NCBI GenBank assembly: GCA_030141605.1
Contig: JAQGDQ010000445.1
Coordinates: forward strand, 130,478 to 194,477
Direction: 5' to 3'
DNA from: Tubiluchus corallicola
Taxonomy: Eukaryota > Animalia > Priapulida
DNA length: 64,000 nt
How positions within the stretch are numbered: the stretch's first letter is position 1; every line of letters begins with the position of its first letter. Both the position numbers and the translations under genes were made by a program. The notes under the pieces are model-generated. The model worked only from the letters and a program-made list of their open reading frames with translations, had not been told where the DNA came from and searched no databases. Shown one piece after another: positions 40,375-52,860 of the stretch.

Positions 40375-41090
40375 TTAGAACAATGGCTCTTAAACAGTAT
40401 ATTTTTAACATCAAGAGAGCAACTCGAAAATTTTCTACTTAAAGATTTAACACGTACTAAAAGAGTTTCGTCTGATTCTCTATATCGACATTATCATTTA
40501 AATTAGAGCATATAATATGTCCAAGATACTTTCCTGAATTCACTAGTTGTTCATTTACATACACTCTGTCTGGGGTTAATATGCTTTAATATAGGCATGA
40601 AATATGAGTACTTTTAGTGGGATTAAGACTAAAATTATGCTGAACTTAAGATTTGTAAAACTGAAACAGATGGAACAAGCAAAGCAACATCATTTGCATA
40701 CATAAGATGATTAAGTGTTTTAACACCTAAACGACCAACCTTTATAGAAGTTAATATACAAAAAACCCTCTTCAATATAAATATTAAACAGTAACGGGGA
40801 TAACACCCCTCCTTGTCGTGATCCATTGGGAACAGTAAAACCATCAGAAGTGGTAAATTCCCACTTCACTGTTTTTATACCGGCTAGAAATAAAATTAAT
40901 TATAGTACAGGGAACCCTCAATTTTCATATTTTCAAAAAAAATACTGCGATCAACCTTGACAAAAGCATTTGCTAGCAAGCATACACGGGACTGTTTCCT
41001 TCACTATGATGTGAAATCAACTCTCTGCACCCCATGAAATATCGGGATATGAAAAACCGCCCTGTTTTCTTTTAAGCTTAAGTAAATGAT
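40375..41090 (-). pseudogene. decayed non-LTR reverse transcriptase fragment
   Basis: QGGVLSP codons and NHLMYANDVALLVPS (YADD motif); a further-upstream (A)NAFVKVDRS resembles SKAFDRV. Confidence 0.8.
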
Positions 41091-41477
41091 GTCAATGATG
41101 TAAGTCAGCTGTTTAAATCAGCTGCCAGAAAATTCTGGTAGCTGATGATAAATGACACAGACATCCAACGTCAATAGTGAGTTGACAAATTGCAGTTGAC
41201 ACAAAGTCTATCCAAAGATTTTGCAAATTGTCATCCGAACAATTTTAAAAACAAAAGGAATTTCTCAAATCCGATAAGGTTGCATCCTTCCGTGGTGTGT
41301 TGTTTACAATACTGGTGTCCCAAAAGTCCTCTTCACGTGATACTGCTAGATGAAACTCCAGCATCATTGTTAATGTTGAAAAGATTTTGAATTTTCTTTG
41401 AATAATTACGGATAATCGTGGTTCTATGTTGACGAAAAATCCGCGGAATCAAACTAGCAGTTCGTCTGTTTACCATA

Positions 41478-41990
41478 AGTGGTGATTTACCATTTCTGCT
41501 GGTTTTACTGCTTCCAATGGTTCACGGCAAGGAGGGGTGTTATCCCCGCTACTGCTTAATATTTATATCGAAGAGCTTTTTTGTATATTAGCTTCTATAA
41601 AGGCTTATCGTTTAGATGCTAAAACATTTAATAATCTTATGTATTCAGATGATGTTGCTTTGCTTATTCCATATATTTCAGTTTTACAAAAACTTAAGAT
41701 CGGCATAATATTAGTTTTAATCCCACTAAAAGAACACGTAGTCTATATATTTCATGCCTCTATTAAAACATGTTACCTTGAGGCAGTGTGTATCTAAATG
41801 AACGACTATTAATTGTTAGTGAATCCAGGAACGTATCTTGGACATATTATATACATATATTCTAATTTAAAGGATAATGCTGATATTGAGAATCAGAAGA
41901 TAGTGTTTTACATACGTGTCAATTCTTTAAGGAGAAAATTTTCAAATCGCTCTTTTGATGTTAAAAAACGCTGTTTAAGAGGTATTGTCT
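41478..41990 (+). pseudogene. decayed non-LTR reverse transcriptase fragment, inverted copy of 40375-40865
   Basis: RQGGVLSPLLLNIYIEEL, LMYSDDVALL and YLGHII motifs (ORFs 41537-41797 and 41813-42181). Confidence 0.85.
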
Positions 41991-42131
41991 ATCTAATTAG
42001 CCACCGAGATACACTAAATTCGACATTTACTGAACTTACAAAACCGCAAAGGACGTGTTTAAACAAAACACGTGATTTCTGCCTTAGAACTGCTTTGAAC
42101 TATCTTATAGGAATTTCTCAAATGACTTTAA

Positions 42132-42752
42132 AGGAAGACAGAATGATTTTTCATATACTACTCCATTTTCAAGTAAGGTAAGTATACGTTTTAACACAAT
42201 TAACACTGCAAAAGCGTTTCTGATAATTAAATAATAGATTAGAATCATAATTAACGGCGGGCAAGCTCTACTATTGACGACATCACAAACTAACAATTTT
42301 TAACAGCAAAAATATTCCACGAGCGTGTTGCACGTGTGTGCGAACGAGAAAATTGAAGTACAGTGCTAATGTAAGATATTCAGTGTGTTGTACTAAAACT
42401 AAGCAAGTTTTAAGATAAAAATTCAAATTTCAAATTTACCGCTGTGTTCACGCATGAGCTGTCGAACGTGTGCAGTTCGTCAGAAACTAACACATCTAAA
42501 CCGAAAGGTACAGCACCTGTTTTTGTACAATGCGTTTCCGAAATGCAGGCGCTAGTGCCCGTCTAACTAAATAGCGAATAGCGAAATGCATGTAACAGCG
42601 AAAAACTAGTGGCGTCGTGAACGTGAAATTTTGTTTGAGTGATAATAATTGTTTCACCTAAGTCATTTTTGAAAAAGTAGTACGTTTCTTTTCAATATTT
42701 TAAAGAATAGATTGCTTTGACCTACAGTTTAAGACCGAGTCCGGTTTTAGTT
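42132..42752 (+). mobile_element. Kolobok-like MITE family C
   Basis: TTAA|AGGAAGACAG ... CCGGTTTTAGTT|TTAA. Confidence 0.88.
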
Positions 42753-43469
42753 TTAAAGGAACATTGAAGAACACAACACGTTGCTATCATTAGTATACCT
42801 ATTCAATCAAACCGTGGGGTAGCCCTCACATACGCAAGCCTGGCGGCGGTCATAATTAGATGCATCTCATCACAATAGATGGCGCGAGTAATATTTATGA
42901 ATGTTTAATAAGGATTCATCATTATCATCGCCATAATAGCGACCTTGCTGTGCGAAGGAACACCGCCTCCAGCTAAAGAGCCAAATCCACAGGGGAAACC
43001 GGTGCATTTTGCATAATGCAAGAAGCTGGCTTTGAGCGCTGGAATACACTGATAAACAGCCGTTTGTCGAGCGGTCCTGTTACCTATTATTTTTGCACAT
43101 TTGGTATATCTAAAATAAAAATGTATGCTTTATGAACGACATTAGATTAGATTGGACTATCTGCAACCTCAACAGGTCACTAATAAAAATTACACACACC
43201 TATGAATACAATTGTTTCAATATGTATAGAATATCTTGCGTTTATTGTGGAACCGACTACACAGTTGGCTACAAGGTATTATATATATATATAATTATAT
43301 ATGTATATTATTTATTTTAAATAGATTAACGTACAGCAATATTACTGATCGGAGTTTTTCCACTGTGCAACAAATACATTTTAGTTGAGAACTAATATAT
43401 ACAACTGGTTGTCAAGAATATAATTGCATACATAGTTAGTTCGACAGTTCATGCGGTGCATAGAGAAGT

Positions 43470-43762
43470 ACATTTGAAATTTGAATTTTTGTCTTAAAAC
43501 TTGAGTTTTAGTACAACACACTGAATATCTTACAGCAGCACTGTACTTAAATTTTCGCTTTAGCAAACACGCGCAACACGCTCATGGAATATTTTGTTAG
43601 TTTGTGATGTCGTCAATAGTTGGGCTCGCCCGCCGTTAATTAAAATTTTAATCTATTATTTAATTATCAGAAATGCTTTTGCAATATTAATTGTGTTAAA
43701 ATTTATACTTTTTATCGGACTTGAAAATGGGGTAATATATGAAAAAATTATCCTGTCTTCCC
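43470..43762 (-). mobile_element. Kolobok-like family C, partial, fused to family F sequence
   Basis: Reverse complement of the family C left half, ending CTGTCTTCCC|TTAA. Confidence 0.8.
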
Positions 43763-44117
43763 TTAAAGGACATGTTTATTATAATTACAAGGGTGATAAA
43801 GCTAACAAAGCTAATTTTATAATACGGATCAATGCACCATACATGAAATATTATGTGTATAGTTCAACTTCTAAATTTATACATAGTTCAACTTCTACAT
43901 TTATTCCTTTTATGCAGTTAAGGAGGACACTGGATATTGGTATTTAGTACCCAAAGGCAGGGAAGAAAGAGCTTACAATTTACATGTCGTTGGCTAGACT
44001 GGAACCTAGTTAAACGTCAAAAATAATCCTCTAAAGAGCATCTCTGCCTCATTCGAACCTCCTTCAACGGAGCAAAGAGTTGGCGGAGAGGTGCAGGTGA
44101 AACCGCAATGAAGCACT

Positions 44118-44190
44118 TTTCCTGCCAGTCACCCATTTATTTAATCATCACACTCCATGCTGCTTAACTTTGGTAGTTAAACGCACACCG
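44118..44190 (-). pseudogene. degenerate 5S rRNA-derived sequence (SINE3 head or 5S pseudogene)
   Basis: Ungapped by-eye match of roughly 60-65% to the reverse complement of a recalled metazoan 5S rRNA, with exact blocks GTCACCCAT and TGCTTAACTT at the correct spacing. Confidence 0.5.
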
Positions 44191-44272
44191 TGACCACCCA
44201 ACCAATCAAGTCGCCTCAGTATACATGATTGATTTTTATCATAATTCAAACCTACAAATCAATTGTAATTTA

Positions 44273-44812
44273 GTTTAAACATAATTTATTATAGGATTGG
44301 ATCAGACAGTTTGTACAACATGATTTAGGATCCTCACCACAACAGACTTTATACTCTATTTACAAGAACATTTACAGTAAGAATAGACTATACTTAGTTT
44401 TTAGTATACTTTAGTATACTAAAGTTTTACTACAGTGATACGTTAGACATTAGTAGAAAATGACGGTTAGTAAATATTAATGTACGATTATTTAAGACTG
44501 GTGCATTTCATATCAGATAGAAACTACTGGAAGCGTTTAGTACGTAATATAAAGTCATGTATACATTGGAATATTTTACAGTTAGTAACATAGTGAAATT
44601 CATCTTTTCCGAATAATAACAACTTCAACAGATCATTATTTCCTAAGGCAGCTATATTAAGGTTTTCAGGCAGAAGTATTGCATTTAATTTATCAAACAT
44701 AACTACCCTAGCTAGTTGATGCAATGGGCAGTGCAACAAAAAGTGTTCAACAGACTCAAATCGAAATCCACAGTTACAATTCGGCAATATTGGATGACCG
44801 TTATTATCTTTA
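44273..44812 (-). mobile_element. LINE family A copy 3, with an intact ORF2 C-terminus and a 13-bp TSD
   Basis: CNCGFRFESVEHFLLHCPLH...LLFG...IFQCIHDFILRTKRFQ* (CCHC knuckle). CAATTGTAATTTA at 44260-44272 and 44813-44825. Confidence 0.92.
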
Positions 44813-45029
44813 CAATTGTAATTTATGTAATATAGCATCAGCACAGTTGTCATATCATACGTACATTGTAACCATATATAAGGCATAAATGCTAGTCTTA
44901 CTGACAACCTAATAAATACCTTCTAGGCCTACTACAAGTTAACAAAAAATCCATCAATGCGCTAACAACAACTACTAATTGTTTATAAATAATTAAACAG
45001 CAAATAAAATAACGAAACTGTTAAAAACT

Positions 45030-45320
45030 ATTGTGTTACGCGGCGTGTTTGCGACAAGAAATCAATTAACTTCCTATGACGTCATCACCTGACGGTCACG
45101 TGGTTGGTGCAAGTGCTGTACCGCTTTATAGAAATTAATGACAGCTGATAACAGACTGTCTCGTAAATTTGCAATTGTACACGGGATTTACTGAGTAATT
45201 ACGCAGGATTTGACTTGGTAATTTATCAGACTGATAAACGCGCAGGACAGGACAGCTGACCAAAGATCCGGATCCGGGTAATGTGGCGCTCGGATTCCCG
45301 GAAACGCAGCATTAGTTGAA
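45030..45320. promoter_or_regulatory. candidate cis-regulatory island
   Basis: Unique, CpG-richer. Contains TGACGTCA (CRE), GTCACGTGG (E-box), TGACAG (Meis/TALE), GATAA and several TAAT/CGTAAA homeodomain sites. Confidence 0.4.
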
Positions 45321-45422
45321 AACACTACCTACTCGCCGCAAACACACACTTTCTCAGAACACGGGGTTGTGTGGGACACTGTGTCGTCATAACTGAATTT
45401 TATTTCAAATTTAACTTTGGAT

Positions 45423-45745
45423 AAACAAATCAAGTCCCTATCAGCATTTAAAGCAAAATTAAAATCACTAATATTAGCCAAATATGAAAAACCATCACAC
45501 CAGTACGACAACATACACACTAATTCAGAATTTATATATCCACGGCCATATTAATTAAATCATATTTTTTTCATTTTTTTGTGCATAGTTGTAAATACGT
45601 TTGATTTTATTCGTCGTTACTTTCCATTACTGCACAGTAGTTTAGATTGCACTGACGCATTTGCCTTTAGCAGTGTAAGTTTTTATTAACTAACACTGAT
45701 TGATCATCTCTGTGAAGTTTTTATCAGTGATTATCAATGTATTAA
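45423..45745 (+). mobile_element. LINE family E copy 2
   Basis: Reverse complement of about 24300-24628. Confidence 0.88.
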
Positions 45746-46479
45746 TGTATTATGTAATGTAGCTCACATGCATAGATTCATTCGAGAGTCTAAAACAATT
45801 GTGCAGGAGTGCTGAATTGTTAGCCACAGCTTAAAATACGTTACAAAATTTGAACTATTCTTAATTCTCAAGATTTTTCGATAACTAACGTCGACCGAAA
45901 TACGTTTTTCGTCAATAATAACATCTAATGATAGTAATGGAGCGCCAGTCTGACTGTTCTGGTCATTTTCTGGCCATCTGACCTATTCCTCGCGTATCCG
46001 CGCACATCTTAAAATCATCAATATCTTAACTTGTTTCTTAGTCAAACTTAAAGACATTGAACAATGGCGTAAATTATATTCCTGCAGTTCAGAAAAATTG
46101 TTTAAAAGAAGTTTTTTTTAAAAAAAAAAGAGGCGTTGAAAACGGAAATGTGTTGGGCTTTAACAGAAACATTGTGAGCTTTCGTCCCACGTAGGATATT
46201 CTGAAACTGCTGTAATCATTTTGAACAGTTTTATTTATGTTTATTACGTCATACGTCATAGATGTACGTGTGCTTATCACGTCACAGATGCGTAGATAAC
46301 GTTTATGATGACGGCATCGCATGTATGGTGATTCTGAGGTTGTAGATTCGATCATTTTGAGAATAAATTCATTAATCAAAGCAGCATGAATAGAAAAATT
46401 GAAAACTTCAGATGTAAATTACAATTTCAGTAATCTATGATATCATCTACGTATGTCATTTTCTACAACTAATAAAATA

Positions 46480-46972
46480 CAGTTAACCTCGGATACAACG
46501 GACACCTCGGGACCGGGAAAAATCGTCCCTTATCCGATGTCCCTTATTGCCGAAGTTGAGTCAGACCGACGGTGTATCTAAACCTGTACTTACTTTTACC
46601 CATATTTTATGGATTATTGCTCCACATTCATTCAGTGCAAACGGTATGTATGAAGCTCCTTCAGTCATGCGAGATGTATGTGACCGCGGAAACCGAGCTG
46701 TTCGAAGACCGAGTTTGCGAAAAATTGAGGTTAAAATTCGATCAATTTCGCTTTGATCATAGGGTCCCTCATGCGAGGTAATTTACCTGGGTTTCTATTA
46801 TGCGGGACCTGAAGGTATCGTCCCTTATAACCGAAAGTCCTTTATATCCGAGTACCTTATATACGAAGATTTTTACATGGGAAAAACGTTACGAAAAATC
46901 GGGACCGGTGTTGGTGGTCCCTTAAAAGCGAGTGTCCCTTACGAACGAGTACCTTATACCCGAGGTTGACTA
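46480..46972. mobile_element. pogo/Tigger-like MITE
   Basis: TA|CAGTTAACCTCGG ... CCGAGGTTGACTA, with subterminal (T/A)CCTTATAxCCGA repeats. Confidence 0.8.
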
Positions 46973-48686
46973 ATAACAAGTAACGGTAAAAACAAAAATG
47001 TTTCGAAGAAATAAAACACATTGAGAATGCTGCACGTGTATATACCATATGCCATATGAAATACGTATATGCCAAATGAATTCCCATTGAACAAGGTTTT
47101 AAAATTCGTAGGACGTGAGAAAACACCAATGTACAACACATAAATGTACTATTATACGTAACAGAATACAAGTGACGGATTTTATAAAAGTTGAAATGGT
47201 TAGTATAAAGTATCACATCAAACGCGTAGGCAATACTGTCTCAGGAACATTAATCCACAATTGTTTATCGATGCTTTGTACAAATCTTTGCTAATTAGAA
47301 CATTGTAGAACAACAGCTTCACGTATAAGATTGTCCTCCCATCGTTTAAAAGTGGAACCTGCTAGATGGAGTAGAATTCCATGTAATCAAAGGATTTGTA
47401 CATGTGGTAGAGTCATACAAGATGAGGAACGTGTTTTGTAAGATTGTCAGCTTACTGGGCTTTTTAAAAACCAATCCTTTAATAACATGTTTGATTTAAT
47501 GAATTGAACAAATTACTTTTCGCTGCTTTTATATAAAGTTTTGAATTTATTTAATAGAAAAAAATTGTTTTTTTACGCGTTGTAACTATTATATGTAAGA
47601 TAATGACAATGAATTGTATCATCGCGAATGTCTATTGTTTCTGTACAAGTATTGTAATGGGTTCTTTCCTTCTACATTTCTCAATTATTTAACACCTGTT
47701 CAATGTTTGTAATGTTTTGTAATGTTAAATGAATAAATAGTGTAAATGTAATGAGTGAAATTTATGTAATGTAAAGCATGTTTCTGTTAATTGTGTCATG
47801 TCAAATGTATATATAGTGCAAAATATGTCATGTAAAATTTAATGTACTTTTGTCATATTTTTTTGTAAAAATATGTTAATATGGTGTTTGTAAATATGTT
47901 CATTTATTGTATATAGTTTTGCACTTTAGTTTTTTTTAGTCTGCACTGGACGCATTTGTCTTGAACAGTGAGGTTATTTTAACATTACGCTGAGGCTTAC
48001 TCAATTTTATTATAATGAGTGAACCATTTTAATGACAAATAAAGAATTAATATATATATATATATAACAAATCCATAAATATTTTACTCGTGGCTTTGGT
48101 AACTTTTATCCTCCTGCCATTCACTCTAGTTACGGTTACCGAAATCCTTCCTACACTGCTATCCAACAATGGACTCAACTCCCTCCTTGAGGAAAAGAAT
48201 TTCAATTACAACGTTTTAAAAAGCTGATTTGTTACTAAATCATTACCTAACCTGCTAATTGGCGTTTTTAAATACCTCTAATCTCATTTGTCTGTATTAT
48301 TATCATTAATTGCTTTTATAGCTGAATATTGTTTTAACTTTGAGCTATTTTGTATGTGTTTCCCTGTCTGCACCATGCACGTGTTTGCGCCGTCTGGTGG
48401 TGAGTCTCGAAAGCTCACGCTCCTACTCTCCTCGAAGCTGATTTGAACAATTTCCAAACTGTACCTGTATTTATTATTGTATTGTTATTATCATTATGTA
48501 TTTAGTTTACTGTTTTGTGTTGCAAATCGGCCAAATAAAAAAACTATTGAATTGAAATGAATTTAACTCGTTTTTTGTAAGATTGTTAATTTTATAATGC
48601 TAATATAATTTTCCCTGTATTAATGTCAATAAAGACGCTCTAAGTAACTATATATGAGACGAAACGTCGCAAAATTTCTGACTATA

Positions 48687-49157
48687 CGGTCATACCTCTG
48701 TTTTCGACCGTAATTCGTTCCTAAAAAGTGTTTGAAAACCGATTTGGTTGAGAACCGAATCATTTATTCCCGTATGAAATACTGTAAAAGCAAATAATCC
48801 GTTCTCAAGCACCAAATGAACTGCAAAGTATTACTAAAATGAAATATAATAATATACATATGTTTATCTAAACAGTAGATATGATATAACTGATAAGAAA
48901 AACATAATAGAATTACTTAGAAAGAAAAACATAATTATTCCTGCATGAAAACCTTACGCGTTGGTAGCAGTGTGATGCCATACGTAGGGAAGATCGGAAA
49001 CATGTGCGTGACTACTCTCGGGTGTGGTCGGTTACGTTCATCATGTGCTTGGGGGTTGGTCGAGTACCGAAATTCTGGTCGAAAACGGAGACAATTTCAA
49101 CTCCAATTTTCTGGTCGAAAACCGGTACGGAGACGTTCGAAAACGGAGATATGACTG
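48687..49157. mobile_element. pogo/Tigger-like MITE
   Basis: TA|CGGTCATACCTCTGTTTTCGA ... TCGAAAACGGAGATATGACTG|TA: a 21-bp TIR with three transitions. Subterminal GTCGAAAACC repeats. Confidence 0.88.
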
Positions 49158-49470
49158 TATTTCTTACTCTTACGAAATGATTTCCAAAAGACTGAAAAAT
49201 GCAGGTCTCGGTGATTTTACGAAAACCCGTCACTAATTCCATGTTCTACAAAACAGTTTGGATAAATATCTGGGTTACACAAACACGGCAATCAGACAAC
49301 AGAGCACTGAACTAAAGTTTTATCAAAACCTACTGTGAAAGTAGATCAAATAAGTGTGTTTACATGAAACTGCAATGCGTTATTTATGATCACGACCTAA
49401 AAAAAATTAGCAAGTGCTATAGAAATTACGAACCTATAGGAATATATAACGCAATATTATAATCAATTTA

Positions 49471-49863
49471 GGAGTTTATAATTCCCACACAATTTAAATA
49501 CCCTAACCCTAATCCTAATCCTAACCCTAATTCTAACTCCAACCCTAATACTAATCCTAATCCTAACTCTAACCCTAACCCTAAACCTAATCCTAACCCT
49601 CAGTCTAATTCTAACCCTAATTCTTACCCTAACCGTAAACCAAATCCTAACCCTAATTCTAATTCTAACCCTAATCCTAATTCTAACCCTAACCTTAATC
49701 CTAATCCTAATTCTAACCCTAACCCTAATCCTAATTCTAACCCTAACCCCTAATTCTAACCCTAACCCTAATCCTAATCCTAATTCTAACCCTAACCCTA
49801 ACCCTAATCCTAATACTAATCTGTTTTACGAACTAATTTCTTGCGTGGGGAATTGTAAACTTC
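49471..49863. repeat. degenerate (CCCTAA)n telomere-like array flanked by short inverted repeats
   Basis: About 53 CCCTAA/TCCTAA/TTCTAA hexamers at 49501-49820. IRs at 49471-49490 and 49843-49863. Confidence 0.92.
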
Positions 49864-49931
49864 AGCCATAAATTTAATTGCCACAACAATTAACACACAT
49901 TTCTTTAAAATATTCAATTCCAGTATGCCTC

Positions 49932-50202
49932 AATAATAATAGTAATAGTAATAGCAAGAGCAAGAGCGAGAGCGAGAGCGAGAGCGAGAGCGAGAGCGAG
50001 AGCGAGAGCGAGAGCGAGAGCGATAGCGATAGCGATAGCGATAGCGATAGCGATAGCGATAGCGATAGCGATAGCGATAGCGATAGCGATAGCGATAGCA
50101 ATAGCAATAGCAATAGTAATAGTAATAGTAATAGTAATAGTAACAGTAACAGTAACAGTAACAGTAACAGTAACAGTAACAGTAACAATAACAATAATAA
50201 TA
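49932..50202. repeat. compound hexanucleotide microsatellite
   Basis: AATAGT/AATAGC/AAGAGC/GAGAGC/GATAGC/AACAGT blocks. Confidence 0.97.
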
Positions 50203-50408
50203 AACTACGTTGTCCTATATATCTACAATGTTTACAATCGGAAATAAATTGTTGTTTTAATTAGCGCCAATTTTTTCATATATGCCTAAAGATCGCCCGA
50301 AAATAAGGCCAGTTGCCAGTAAAGATATAATGAGCTGCATATGCAGTAGCAAGGAAAAGGCGTGGCTATACTCCAGAGAAAGAGAATTTGTATAATGGAA
50401 TCTTTTAA

Positions 50409-50872
50409 AGCACAAAAACGCCTTCATAAATAAAGCTTAAAAATTCGTCATGAAACTTTGTATCACTTACATACTAACGTATTACACACAGCGCTTGCGT
50501 TAGCAGTAGCGCTGTATAAAACTCGTAAATTTAAGCTCGGGCGATGACAGTTACGGCGCAGCCATTTTAACGTCAAGTTGTTCGAAACAAGCGTAAAGTT
50601 TGAAAAAGTAATCAGAGCGTTCGTAATTTTTCGCCAAAGCTAAAGCATAATTTACTTTACATTGTCAATAACATTAAAAACGTGTTTTGACACGTCGTAG
50701 TGGTGAGCCAGTGGTGTACACATGGGATTGTGATTCAGTGACGTTTCACGACGTGGCGAGAACATTTTAAAGTGCCAAAAATTTTCCATTTACGTAAATG
50801 CCAAGTGGTATATAAGTAATCAATATAACTTTGTATGGAAAGTTTTTTGGGACATAACTTTAAAATTTCCTT
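50409..50872 (+). mobile_element. Kolobok-like family D copy
   Basis: TTAA|AGCACAAAAACGCCTTCATAAATAAAGCTT...; collinear with 55647-56326. Confidence 0.75.
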
Positions 50873-51977
50873 TTAAACAATACAGGAAATCAGGAATTTG
50901 ACAGGAGATATTATAGGTTACCAAATTAGTACATTAAAACATGTACAAAAGCTCCCTTTTCTGGGTCATTCGGACAACAATGCAATTTGTTAGCCTCAGT
51001 AAATACGTTACATTATAGTGCATACAAGCAGTAAAACTGACACAGAAAACGTTTTACAAAGCACTCTGCGCTTGCAACTGCGCGCATGCGCACAAATGAA
51101 CTACAGAAACTTCTCAAAAACACAATTCAATAAACCTTTTCACGTGTTTCGTTGTGCGCACGCGCAGTTGCCATAGGTCAAAATTAAGTGTACTGCAGCA
51201 AGCGTCTTAATCACAACCGTCACGTGAAATGTGGGTTAAAACAAATCCGTCTGCCGCACCAGTTCAGTAACTCCAGTGGTTTCTCGTGGACTTCGCGGAT
51301 ATTAATTGTGTCAAAATGTATACTTTTTATCGGACTTTAAACTGGGTTAGTATATGAAAAATCGTTCTGTCTTCCTTTAAGGCCACCATCATTTCCGCTT
51401 GGGTGCTCGTACTGTGAACGCCCATTTTCCCCTCAATGACGTCATTCATCAGCTGAAGAAAAGCAACGCATATATAATAAGTTCTTACAAAAAAGTAGAT
51501 AGCTAATTCTGTGATACTTTTGCAAGAACATTGGATAAGCTGCAGAAGTTTGAATTAGTTTAAACAGCACGTGCTTACAGAAAGCTACGATGCGCTTACG
51601 AAAAGTCACGGAGTTCACCAGTGACGTCATAATTTTCTAATGAATGGCGGCTACCACCGGGCGGATTTCTTTACATATATATGAACTTTATTTATTTTAA
51701 GTGGATAGACATACAGCAATATTACTGATCGGAGTTTTTCCACTGTGCAACAAATACATTTTAGTTGAGAACAGAACTGTTGGTTATTAAGAATATAGTT
51801 ACATAAATAATTAGTTCAAAAACACAAGTAATTCATTAGTTAACACAGAATACAGAAGCCAGATACCAGAAACGATTATCAATGTACATCATCCTATTAG
51901 TTATACAAAAGTATGATTGCTCAATAACTGGTGTTTAATTCAAAAGTCAAAAATTCAAAATAATTCAGGTTACAATT

Positions 51978-52315
51978 CGACGTACAATTACATTACATGT
52001 TCACGACGTACAATTACATTACATGTTCACGACGTAAAATTACATTACATGTTCACGACGTACAATTACATTACATGTTCACGACGTACAATTACATTAC
52101 ATGTTCACGACGTAAAATTACATTACATGTTCACGACGTACAATTACATTACATGTTCACGACGTAAAATTACATTACATGTTCACGACGTACAATTACA
52201 TTACATGTTCACGACGTACAATTACATTACATGTTCACGACGTAAAATTACATTACATGTTCACGACGTACAATTACATTACATGTTCACGACGTACAAT
52301 TACATTACATGTTCA
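51978..52315. repeat. 26-bp minisatellite x13
   Basis: Unit CGACGTA(C/A)AATTACATTACATGTTCA. Confidence 0.98.
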
Positions 52316-52524
52316 ATCAATTAGCAAAACGTTTAATAGACTTTATGTAGTTCTGTAACAATTTGAAGAGAATACTACTGGATGGATGACCTAATCTGAG
52401 TTTATGAAAAATGTCGTTCTAAATAATAGCAGGTCTAGGGTTGGCGTGTAATTCATGAGTTACGTGCGATAATAACAGAGCTGCTGCCAATAATAGTGTT
52501 CTGTGCACGTCTCAGCTTGAACAC

Positions 52525-52860
52525 TCGAAAAATAATGGCATATTTTTTTACAGCGGAGTATAAACTAACTATATGTTTCTATAGACATTTTTTTCAAATT
52601 TCTTTGTTATATTTTCGTAAGTTTACGTGATAACAGTAAAAATAACTCGTCCTTTCCTTTAAATACGTTACGACTCATAATTTGAACACACAAAAAATAA
52701 TGGCGTATTTCTTTACAGGGGTAGTATAAACTAACTTTTTGTTTCTATAGACATTTTTTGCAAATTTCTTTGATATATTTTCCTAAGTTTAAGTGATAAC
52801 AGTAAAATAAACCCAACATGTTAAATGACTTGTTCTTTCCTTTAAAAACGTTACGACACA
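52525..52860. repeat. ~165-bp diverged tandem duplication
   Basis: AAAATAATGGC..TTTACAG..GTATAAACTAACT..GTTTCTATAGACATTTTTT occurs twice. Confidence 0.85.

Noticed and set aside
49501-49820. True telomere or chromosome-fusion scar
   Set aside because: The array is short, degenerate, single-orientation and enclosed by inverted repeats that recur at 36225-36309.
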